Source of the DNA: Azolla caroliniana
Taxonomy: Eukaryota; Plantae; Polypodiophyta
Reading direction: 5' to 3'
Assembly (NCBI GenBank): GCA_043228905.1
Contig: JBHGNT010000008.1
Location: 18,724,001 to 18,788,000 of the forward strand
Length of the DNA: 64,000 bases
Position 1 is the stretch's first letter; each line of letters begins with the position of its first letter. This document shows, one piece after another, positions 1 through 11,300 of this stretch. The notes beneath the pieces were generated by a model that saw nothing but the letters and a program-made list of their open reading frames with translations, was not told the DNA's origin and did not search any database. The translations under genes were made by a program, and so were the position numbers.

Positions 1-138
1 TCACTCAGGTGTTTTATAGTGGTCTCTGCCCAATCCCTTTTCGAATTTCCTATTCTGTTTCCAGTAATCTCCAAAAAAGCCAGTTTGCTAGTAGAATAGT
101 GTAGAGAAGTCATAAATATCGATATTTCAGGTTCTTAC

Positions 139-2232
139 CTCCTGCTTCACGGAACACTTGAGCAAAAGACACCTCCCCAGCTTTCCTCATGTGATCCTGC
201 ATCAAGGTATATGATGCCTCATGATGCATATGTACACAAGTTTTGAGGTATATGTTTTCAGAACCAGAACTCACCTTTAGATCTTGCCATGAAGCTGATG
301 GAGGTAACTTAGATACGTGGACTGAAATAAAAGGTAAATTAAAATAAAAAAAGGTATTCAAAGATCCATTAGACAAGATACAAATAATACTAAATGAAAA
401 CCTCTGAATTCTGCTCTTCTGGAAACACCAGACCGCCCACTGTTGTGGTTGCTATGTCTATCATTAGATGAAAGTGAGCTGCGGCCCCCATGAGCAAGCT
501 CAACCTAAAATAAATTAAAAAACATGCCACATGAGCCTGTGAGCTCCATGATATATCTAATCCAGCATAACAAAAATACTACAATCTATAGCAAGCTGGA
601 ACTCCACAGTCAAAAGGATGATAGAAATGATAGACAGGACTTGCAAACCTATACAAATCTTCACAAAACCATCGATATGAATTTATATTAGTCACACAAA
701 ACATCATCTATGCAATCTTCACATCCTAGATCTAGTAATAAGAATATGCTAGCCAATTACATCAAAAAACTCAGCTTCCTCAGCATTGCGAGATTTAACA
801 TGAATAAAGTCAAGAAAATTTGGATTAAATAATCACAAGCCCAGCTACTTCAGCAATTTGGAGAACCATAAGTCAAATCATAGTTCAGATGCAGCAAAAT
901 GCCATACACAATATATAACACCCTAAACCATTAAGAATAAGGCATAAAAGTTATCAAACGAATACAGAATGTTGTCATCCAAAGAGAAGAGTCCAGAAGA
1001 CTTTGCAAGTTTCACGATTTTTATTATTTTCCCAGATGCTTCTGAAATTCCATAGTATATATCCTAGGGTAGCATAAATAAAGATGGATTTGAGTTTTCA
1101 CATATGCAGTCCCTCATTTCTGCTTCCATAAGAAGACAATTTTGACAAATTTGAACACCATGATAAGGGAGTAGAGGATCCATAAGCAGAGCATATCATT
1201 TGCATTAGATGTTTCTGCATCACATGTAGCATACTCTACTGATACGGAAAACACATCCAAATCTCTAGTTTTGCAGCAGATTCATTAAATGAGACTGAGT
1301 CATCCCAATTTGAGCCCATACACAAAAATAAGTCTGAAATACAGATACAGACAACACAGTTTTGCGGCTGACAGCATGAGCCTGTGACATGGCCCAAGTT
1401 AAAAGAGAGATAAATGAAAAGCAACATTATATATCTCTGCATGAATTATCAGATCATCATTTCATATGGCTGAATTATTTTATTTCATACACATAATGAA
1501 AGAACTATGAGACAGGTTAACATACCCGAAGGTAATTACCATCATACTTGTAGCCATCCCTTCCTCTTATAGCATCCTCTGCATCCCGTGCATCCTCAAA
1601 CTGGAAATAGATTTGGTCAAAATCTATCAAAAATTTACATGCTGGAAATAGATTTGGCCAAAATCGTTTATGGGGAATAGACAAAGCAACATACCTCTAC
1701 AAAACAAAATCCAGGAGGGCGAGGAGGCAGCTTCAAATCGATATCGACAATTCGCCCATACTGCAATGAATGAAGATAAACAATATTGTGTAATGACAAA
1801 ACAAACTTTATCTTTGAGGCCAAACTGCAGACAGTCAAATGTCAGCATTAATTTGGATAATTACCATGCCTACATAGTGCTGACATTTGAGCTCCTCTTG
1901 AGCTCTAAACAATCCCTTTTATAAATGTGTGAACTATTATTCCATGTCCCAGCTTTCTTCATGAACGGATGGACCCATCTTAAAAAATAGAGAGTTCAGT
2001 CACAGACCTTGAATCACTCAGAAAAGCCGTGTCTACACCGTACTGATGTAAATCCCACTATCCGTAATAGCCCCCTATCTCTATGTCAATGTCACTTTCT
2101 ATATGCAAAAATTCACCACACAAAACTTTGAATGAAGCAGCAAACCTTATAAAATAAATCCTCAATTTCTTCCTCCCGCACATCAACTGGCAGGTTCCCA
2201 ACATATATCGTACAGCTCGGATTTCTGGTCAT
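139..2232 (-). CDS. SF2/ASF-like serine/arginine-rich splicing factor (plant SR30/SR34 family), 5' part; continues beyond left edge
   Basis: GT-AG exons with consistent phases: 2232-2146 ([29 protein letters not shown]), 1760-1695 ([22 protein letters not shown]), 1600-1526 ([25 protein letters not shown]), 504-402 ([10 protein letters not shown]...SRRAEFR), 321-275 ([16 protein letters not shown]), 196-139 ([19 protein letters not shown]). RRM1 RNP2/RNP1 plus the SWQDLKD pseudo-RRM signature of the SRSF1 family. Confidence 0.95.
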
Positions 2233-3183
2233 GATTAATGTTGGGCTTTAATTTGAACTCGGGCAAACCTTTCATAAACACATATCAAGGAAGAAATCCT
2301 GTGAGAATTAAAGCATAAGACATGATTTTGAGCTAAACAAAATCCAAAAACCGAACCAAGAAGAATCTGTTCCAATTAAAGCACAACTTTGCATCATTCT
2401 CTTGTTTGCTCCGTGAACCCCATCATTGTAGGGCATAACATCCTCACAACACATCCTACCGTCCCAAGTGTACATTTTATATCCTATCCTTTCCATAATA
2501 GCCAGCAAGCCTAGAATAAGACCATAAATGTTATTTCATTAGAAGTTAAACAGCAGTCTTCTCTAATAAGTTGCATAACAATCAACTTATCAAATATCAT
2601 GTATGCGCTGCAGTCCGTAGTGATACTGGTTCCTGGATGAAATAAGACATCCTGTGGTTTTCTATAGAAGCAGAAACTCACATCAAAACGCCCATGTGAA
2701 TAAGGTACGTTAATCCTTGGTAAGAGATGCAATATGAGGAATTGAACAACCTTTTAAAACTACACACCCCTTTCCCAGAAGATCTTGGGCTAGCTGAAGT
2801 TAGTGAATAAGACAGGATATATATCATCCCAATACAATAAAAGGATAAGGAGTGGGAGTGGGAAGGAGAGAGGGAAGATTCAAGCTCCGCATAAGTAAAG
2901 TGATGAAGATAATTTTAAAAGAATCATATGAATGAAATAAATTAATACTGAATCAGCAATAAAACATCAATGGGAATCAAAAAGTGTTAGGGAAGTTACA
3001 GATATTACAAAACAGTTCAAAGCCATTGAAGAAGTATTGCAAATCTAAACTATCTCCAGGACTAGATGATATGTCATTGTACCATTAAGTAAGAGAAGGT
3101 TTAAATATAACCAAAAAAACACAAAAACAGATGAAATATATATGAACCAGCACCCTAGATGTATATACTCATTCTCTCAAGTG

Positions 3184-3347
3184 ATGAGAAGAGTGTGCAA
3201 AAGCTTACCACAGAATCAACTAATCTTGAAACTTCTGGGAAGGGAATATCCATACTATCGAACTTATGAGAAGAGTGCGCAAAAGCTTACCACAGAATCA
3301 ACTAATCTTGAAACTTCTGGGAAGGGAATATCCATACTATCGAACTT
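3184..3347. repeat. 82-bp tandem duplication (2 copies) upstream of the SR start codon
   Basis: 3184-3265 and 3266-3347 match apart from one substitution (gtgtgc/gtgcgc). Confidence 0.95.
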
Positions 3348-4859
3348 ACTTTGAATCCTTTTTCTTGGTAGAATATAAAAGAACTACTTTTAGAAATGAG
3401 CACCTAAAACTATACAGATATCCATATTCATGTGCATGTGTTCAAATCAACTTGTTTAAGCAAACAAAACATAAAATTCAAAATCAGTAAGAGCTTTTCA
3501 GGAGAGTGCCGAACATCGTAATTTCAAATTGCATGAGAAAGAATAGAAGCCCTAAACTTAAGTGGGAAATTTTTTTATCCTATAAAAACTATGAAAAAGG
3601 CACAAAACAAACAACACAATATGATGGGATAAATTTCAAAGGAATGAAATTATGGTAGGCAGTAGCAAATTTACTGTGAAAGTAAGGATAATGAACCTCA
3701 TCATTCACAAGGTCAGCCAGAGTCAAAAATTCACAGAAAATTGTGATATGGGTGTGAGTAATGAGCATACCATTCAAAAATAGAAAGAATCTATTTTCTT
3801 TTTATTACTCACATGTGTGGAAGATGTGCATGTATCAAATATACATCTCAAGGATTTGTTCATAGTTTTCAAAAATATTGATGGTATACATAAGATCTAA
3901 AGCACCAAATGTAAGCACAAAAGTACAACATTTTAAGAATAATTACAGCGAGAGAAAATAGAATCACTAAATGTAAGCATAACAGTATCCCAAACATTTT
4001 CTGATAATTCAAGCATGAAATTGGTGAGAATAGTAAACAACGTCCACACGGCACAGTCAGCCTCAAAAACAAGTCTTAACTCTTGGAGTTGCCTTTAGAA
4101 ACATTTAGGAATGGTGAAAATATACAACAGGAAATAAAAATAATTAAATCTACTAAGTTACTGCACATTTGTAGTGTATTTTTTATCGATAATTGTTTTC
4201 TCACAGAAGTAAACTCTAATAAAGATAAAAATCCAAACCAGTAATAGACCCAAAGATATGATAAGTTCTACGTTTATTTGGAAACAACATAATCAATCTC
4301 GATTTTTTATAACAGAGAGTACCTCAAGAATACAAAGTTTCGGTATTTTCTCACAGTTCCTAGTGCTTCATGCATGAAATCGACACGGAACTAAGGAGAC
4401 TTTCTACTGCACACAAAGCATACATAGGCCAACATCGAACATAACCGTATATATGGTTCGACTAAAATCCGACGAATTTTTGGTTTTCCTTGCAAATTTC
4501 CTACAATACATCGTACATAAGAAAAAAGGAATTGAGATCACTCGTAAGGGAAATGTTCCAGACACTGAAGCCATGGTTTCTGCAGAGGAATCGTATTCAG
4601 AAAGAAGAAGAAGAAGAAGAAGACAAAGAGAACAAACCAAATCCTCTCAACAAACACACAAACGGTACATATTTATGAAAGACAGCTGCCAAAGAAAGAA
4701 TTCTTCCAACATAGTCACAGAAAGAAGCTTCGGGTACATCCAGGGAAGGAAGCTTCCTTTCGAACCACGCTCCGTAGCTCAGGAAAAAAAAAAAAAACGT
4801 CGGAAGGCGGAAGGAGAAGAGAGATCTCAACGGTCAGCGGCGTTCTCCGCGAGAGAAAG

Positions 4860-5340
4860 AAACCCCAAAAAATAAGAAGAAGAAGAGGAAGATTAACAGC
4901 GAAACAGAGAAAGCGGGGCTAGGGAAGCCCTAAAAAAAGGAAGGAGGCACACGGTGTCTGCAGGAGACGGGGGAGAGCAGAGAAAGAACGCGGCTAAACG
5001 GAGAGAGAAAGAGGAAGAGAGGGGGGGCGAGGTGCGGGAGATTTCCGCAGAAAGAAGACAGTGGGAGTGACAGACAGACAGACAAACAGACAGAGACAGA
5101 GACAGAGACAGAGGAAGAAAGAAAGAGCGAAGGAAAAAGAAAGGAGAAGAAGAGGCAGAAAAGCCCTAATTAGGGTTTAGGGAGCTTACCAGAGGGGGTC
5201 GGGGGGGAGAAGAGACAGACAGTGGAGTCGAAGGCGACCAAGAAGGAAGAAAGGCGAAGGCGAAGGCGAAGGCGAAGATGAAGAAGACAGAAGACAGAAG
5301 AAGAAGAAGAAGAGATATTAGTGAAAAGGGAGGGGGGGAA
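4860..5340 (-). promoter_or_regulatory. Probable 5' UTR/core promoter region of the SR gene, CT-rich on the minus strand, with a telo-box
   Basis: Strong polypyrimidine (CT/CTT) character on the minus strand; telo-box AAACCCTA within ~5170-5182 (+ strand TAGGGTTTAGGG). TSS position is inferred, not observed. Confidence 0.5.
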
Positions 5341-5354
5341 AGAGAGAGAGAGAG

Positions 5355-5404
<50 letters not shown>

Positions 5405-5439
5405 TGTGTGTGTTTGTGTGTGTGTGAGAGAGAGAGAGA

Positions 5440-5471
<32 letters not shown>

Positions 5472-5556
5472 CAGAGAGAGTGTGTGTGTGTGTGTGAGAG
5501 AGAGAAGAGAGAGTGTGTGTGTGTGTGTGAGAGAGAGAAGAGAGGGAGAGAGAGAG

Positions 5557-5602
<46 letters not shown>

Positions 5603-5720
5603 TGTGTGTGTGTGAAAGAGAGAGAGTGTGTGTGAGAGAGAGAGAGAGTGTGTGTGTGTGTGAGAGAGAGAGAGTGTGTGTGTGTGAGAGAGAGAGAGTG
5701 TGTGTGTGTGTGTGTGTGGA
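5340..5720. repeat. Compound (GA)n/(GT)n microsatellite with alternating blocks
   Basis: Directly visible alternating GA and GT dinucleotide tracts over ~380 bp. Confidence 0.97.
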
Positions 5721-5759
5721 GGAGAAGCTTGCTTTCACACACACACTCATCCAACTGTA

Positions 5760-5893
5760 TAATACATACATACATACCATTCATACATATATTAGGATAT
5801 TATATATATATATATATATACATACACAGCATTACATACTTACCATACAATACATACATGCATACCATACGTACATTCATACAATACATACAT

Positions 5894-5942
<49 letters not shown>

Positions 5943-6030
5943 GTTGACCCCTTCCTCACGGGCTCGGCGAGTGAGTGGGTCCTTCTAACTTGGGCATATC
6001 GTACATACATACCATACAAATACATACACC
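5760..6030. repeat. (TACA)n/(TA)n low-complexity microsatellite
   Basis: Directly visible. Confidence 0.9.
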
Positions 6031-6653
6031 GACCCCTTCCTCGTGGGCTGGGTCAGTGGGCGAATCCTTCTAACTTGGCCGCGTTTTGTTGCCGCACTGA
6101 TCGTTTTTGTTTCATCGGCAGCGGTGGGCAACGGTAGGCAACGACGGTCCTCGAGAAGCTTACATCCATACTACATGCCCATATCGGTGTATAGTCTTGT
6201 CATTGTGGCACAAGATGAATTCGCACTAATATAACAAACAATGTCTCTCGTCGAATGATGGTCTTTCGAAAAGAAGAAGAAGAACTTTTGACTAGGCTCC
6301 GACTCGATAATCACCACAAAGGAAAGGGTGTTTTATTAGATCGTCAAGCTCTATTATATAATGCTAATGAATTTCTTTTTCTTTCAACCAATGGACAACA
6401 TTCTATGCATAATTAGGAGCTTCCTACAAATTAGACCATGTTTGACAATCTTCTGGAAAGTGAGGGACCAAGATTTCCATCATGTTGGATGTCGTCCAAT
6501 AATAAACATTTGATTTGCCTTTAACTTGAATGCAAGTCAAACAAACTCTGGCATGGAGAACAAAATACTAGGAAGAAATACATGTTATCGAACAAGAAAA
6601 AAACAAAATCTAAGAATCCGGTATCTATTTAAAGCATATAAAATCATGTCAAA

Positions 6654-7129
6654 TGTTGCATATGTCCCGCAAGGTTTTGGCAACGTAAGACAAATCAACC
6701 TCAACACATCATGAGTGTTAGTGATTATTTCTAATCTAAGCACAAGACAAAGAAATAGATTATCAATAGTAAAGAGAAAGAGATAGAAAGAAGGGTGTCG
6801 ATATACCCGACCATCCTCGAGCGAAGGGATCAAGACAGACCCGAGCCTCGATGGCATTGAGTTGTACTTGGTATTGGTGTGCACTCGCCACAAGAACTTG
6901 TTCACTACAAGGTCATTGTCTCAACGTAGTCAAATAATGTATCCAACAAGGATAGTTTGGTCTCATATTTATAGCCAAACCTAAGACCCCTTATGGGTTG
7001 TCTCAATCCCTAGGATTAAAGTAATCTTCCCTTGTTTACACTCTTGATTAACCCTCACACTTTTATCCTCATGTGTATAATATTATAGTACAAAGTATCA
7101 CAAGATAAATTATAGTCATGCTCATAACA
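6654..7129 (-). mobile_element. Possible solo/degenerate LTR
   Basis: TGTTG...TAACA ends and a minus-strand TATA-like GGCTATAAATATG near 6965-6977; no matching TSD. Confidence 0.3.
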
Positions 7130-7202
7130 TACTCCCTCCCTCTCTTTAAAACATTGCACTCTTGGAATGAAAAGTTAGGGAAGTTAGTTTTAATGGTGTT
7201 TT

Positions 7203-7930
7203 TGTTGAATATGGTCATATAATGAAGGCACTCACACTATCTCCTTGTACAAACTAGGATAGGTTATTTCTATAATTAGCATAAATGGCGATTGCCCTAG
7301 TTTGGTTAGTATATAACCAACTTTGCAACTAGTTTGTACATTGAGGTTATTGTTGTCATTACTGGTTCTTGTTGGTAATACAAAGTTTGTATTTTTGGTG
7401 CCTCTCTGTTTTTTCCCTCTCTCCCTCTTTTGCATTTGTCTCAGTCTTCTTTGTTCATTGTTGACTATTTCATTCACATAAGCTTGTTGTCAATTAGCAC
7501 ACATAATAATTGCAAATGTTTCTTCACGACAACGTATTTCCAACAGTTGGTATTAGAGCGAGGTTTGTCTGCTACTGGTCGTCATTTGTTCCCACAACAT
7601 CAACACTTAAGTTCGTCCGCTAAAGACTCCAAACTTATTAGATCTCTTGAACAGATTCTCCAAGTTTCAATCTTATTGAAACTTCTATTCGGCAACTACA
7701 AAAATCACATCTCGTGAGAAAAAGAAGCACTTCTTTGTCAAGTTCGTGCTCACTTCGACTAGATCGTGCTTCGGGTGACTAGATACGGTTGTACCTCCCT
7801 TTCAGTCGTAACCACTCCGAGTAGAACTTCGAACCAGCCGACCCTCATTGAAATGGCTTCCACATTCGACTCATTAGAAATGAGTCTTCGAGAATTTGAT
7901 GGCACCAACTTCAAGTTCTAGAAAGAATAG
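7203..7930 (+). mobile_element. Truncated Copia 5' end (LTR, PBS, degenerate gag start)
   Basis: LTR 7203-7545 (TGTTG...CAACA); PBS TGGTATTAGAGC 7548-7559; gag start MASTFDSLEMSLREFDGTNFKF* at ~7854, homologous to MASTSGSSEMSLRKFDGLNFNFW near 10180 (-). The LTR is distantly similar to the 8304-8663 LTR. Confidence 0.8.
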
Positions 7931-7932
7931 AT

Positions 7933-8260
7933 TCTCAAAAGGTGTGTTCACACACTAGACTAGGTTGAGTTTGATTCTCAACACGCCCCCTCAATCTCAA
8001 CTTTGGTTGGCTTTCATCCTAGGCCTTTTGAGAATTTATGAGCATTCAAAAGTCAAAGGTCACCACTACTTTCTACACATTAACTATATGTCATAGAATC
8101 ATATTCTATGACACATAAACTAATGAGTTCCATATTCCCCATAACTAACGAGTTTCCACATTCCTCAAGGTTCTAGAGAGAGAGTGGGCGTTTTAGTGAG
8201 AGAATGTAGAGAGAGGTTGACCTTATATAAAGCACCCTTCCTACTTTGTAATGTTGTAAC
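7933..8260. mobile_element. LTR remnants of the Copia-C family in opposite orientations
   Basis: 7933-8005 matches the LTR-end/PPT junction at 31585-31655 (cacacactagac...gattctcaacacgccccctcaa). 8050-8260 matches the reverse complement of the 31260-31633 LTR (gtcatagaatc..attctatgacacata; taaagcaccct). Confidence 0.75.
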
Positions 8261-8303
8261 AATTAGAGTAGTCCTTTTATGAGGGAGTTTGTAGGGATAA
8301 AAG

Positions 8304-11300
8304 TGTTGGATGCGATCGTCAAGGTGCAGAACAAAACCAATGCTCTTTGATATGAAGATCTTCAGAGGATACAAGGAAACAAATTATGAACACAAAACAA
8401 CTAAATCATAAGACAAGATCAATAAGAAAGATAGAGAGAAGTACACCAAAGTAGTCACAAAAAAGATGTAATTGTATTATCACTCTCAAAGTTATAGTGG
8501 CACAATATACAAAATGAACAACCTTAAAACTAGGTCATAAAAGTCAATTTAAATACTAATTGACTTAGGATAATTGCACTTTCCATTATTTACAAAAATA
8601 GCCTAAACCTAGTGTGTCCAATGGGACAGTGTGAAAATGACCATTATATACTCGTATACGACACTCCCCTGTAATGGGCATATACAACAAAAATCTATAA
8701 TAAAAGAGAATAAGCAAAGTTACTGATTTATAAAAGGTTGTCGGAAAAATAGATTTTGTTCAAATCGGCAAAATCTGGGAATAGAAGACCGGGTTGGCCG
8801 GAGTCAGAAGAGCTGAAGCCGAATATCAAATTGTCGATGTTAACTATCTAAAACCATCCTGAATGTCCAACTCAATCGGACTGATTTTCCATTACGCCCA
8901 TCTGGGGCCGAAAGGACTGGAATTGATCTGTCGAAAGTCACTTGGTCATCCCATCTGCGACATTATCGGTTGTAGGTATCTTCTCGAGGCCAATTTTCCC
9001 TGAAATGATGCAGTCCCAAACAAGTGTTGGAGCATGGACACTATTCGTTCTTGAATTGTTAGTTTCATCCATTCGGTAATTCCGTTCAGCTCCGGTTCAT
9101 GTGGTGTCATGTATTCACGTCGAATGTTGCGTTGTCGGTAGAATCTAACGAATTCTTTAAACTCTCCCTTGTGTCAGTCCGTAGGCATTTCAGTATTCGG
9201 TTGGACTAGTTCTCTAGCATGGCGAGCCATTCCTAGAAGATCGAGAATGCCTGATCTTTGGTTCTAGTCAAATATGTCCACACCTTCCTAGTCAAGTCGT
9301 CGATGAAGTTGACGAAATAGGAAGCGCCACCAAGAGACTAATGTGGCATGGGACCACAGACGTCTAAATGGACCAAGTCAAGCGAACTCCACTCTCTCGA
9401 TTCTCTAGTTGGGTGTGAGGCGGTTGCCCTTGTGATCGGCTCTTTGAGCCTTATCAATTCAGGCTTTAAGGGCGCGGAAATTGGCCTTGATGTGTCCGGG
9501 TTTCTTGTAGTAGTTGTAGGTTCGATTGTCCTCGAACTTGCTCTAACTTCACGCATTATTCGGCGGTTAGGAATAACTTCTTCCTTGATTTTTCGATCGG
9601 TCGGTTGAACTTTGTACTACATAAGCGTCACTGGTCGAATCGTTTGCAAACGATTTCCTCTGAGCAACTTTAGTCAACACATTGCACATGGTTGTGACGA
9701 AAGTTTCCCAAGAAGGGGGGAGACTACTCATGAGCAACATTGATTTCAATTCATCTTTGATCGTCGTCCCTTGAGCTGAAATTTGGGAGCTTATGCTTTC
9801 GTACTCATTGATGTGTGCCTGAACCTTGTCGGAATCTTTCATCCGAATGTTGTAGAGGTGCCGAATCAAATATATCTTTGTGGTAGCAACCTTCTTTTCA
9901 TAGGTGTCTGAGAGTGTCTTCCATAGTTGGAAGTAGTCGAACATGATTGCACTGTGAAGTACACTAACTCCAAAAATTGCATTCACATAGTGGCACGAAC
10001 AGTTATGCCTAGCTTTGTCCACTCATTTTCCTTGTATCCTTCTATAGAGTTTTCTATCTTGATTGGGTCAATCTGACCCATGACTATTAGATAGTCCCGA
10101 ATCTGCTCCTTCCAGAAGTTGAAGTTCAATCCGTCAAACTTCCTTAGGCTCATCTCTGATGAGCCGGATGTTGAGGCCATTTCGATGTGATTCAACTGAC
10201 CGGAGAGTTTTGTCCAGAGGTGGCTACGATCGGTAGGGGGGTGCAACTGGCTGGTTAACCCAAATTGGACGCAAACTTAATCGACTGTTCAGTAAATTCT
10301 GCATAAAGTGGCTATGGCCAAGTTTGTAGTAGAGTTGATTGGTCTCTCTATTGTGATGCCTAGCCGAATTGAACACGAATCATGTCGATTGGATTGTTGA
10401 TTTGATTTTATTGTTGATCCTGCTTGAAGTGGCTAGAATAAATTGATCTTCCCGAATGCTACCTAATCGAGTTAAGCATGGATTAGGCCAATCAAAATGC
10501 CAATCACAGTGTTAGTATGCCATTTTCAGTGACGATCTTACTTTGGGTGGCTATGATAAAGGGAGGGATAGAGCCAACTAGTCTTCCCGAATCTCTTCTA
10601 GCCGGATGGAGCACAAATGACGTTGTCGTGCCTTTCGGCGCCGGATCGTTGCATGAGTCAGGTGGGAATCGTTGGGGTTTTGGACTAGGAGGAGGAAGAA
10701 TTTGAGACAAGTTTAGTTATGAATATGAATAGATTATAAGAAAGAGAGATAGGAACTTGTGAATCCCACAAGTATAATGTATTTTATTAATCAATATTTA
10801 ATTAAGAATATGAATTTCGATTGAAAGAGAAGGATATAGAAACCTCGTGAATCCCACGAGTATAGTTTATTTATTTTATTAATATTTAAAACCCTAATAA
10901 TAAATTAGAATAGATTGGAAGAGAAAGATATAGAAAACCTGTGAATCCCACAATCATAGGTTGTTTTATTAATCATTATTTTTTAACCCTAATGATTTTT
11001 CATCCATAATTTTCTCTCCCTTATTACATTGTGCTCCCCATCCTTATATATTGATGAGAGAGTCTTAACAATCTATGCTTTTTCTCTAACTATAGACTAT
11101 ATGCTTTCTCTAACATGTTTTTTTTCTAGAAGTGATCATGCTTTTTCTAACCTCATGCGTTTTTTATCGACTATAGTGATCATGCTTTTTCTAACCTCAT
11201 GCGTTTTTTATCGACTATAGTGTTCATGCACGCTAGATGTGCATGTGTAGCTTTTTTTCTATCATGCGTTTTTCTTCTAACTAAAGCTTTTTCCTAGAAA

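Noticed and set aside
4404-4875. Arg/Lys-rich ORFs resembling an RS domain
   Set aside because: Products of GAA-rich low-complexity sequence upstream of the SR ATG; no domain or splice support.
5166-5947. Long ORFs of HT/SL/CV/ER repeats
   Set aside because: Translations of dinucleotide microsatellites.
7130-7200. Stowaway-like terminus TA-CTCCCTCC
   Set aside because: No convincing partner TIR with a TA TSD (GAGGGAG at 8281 is followed by TT).
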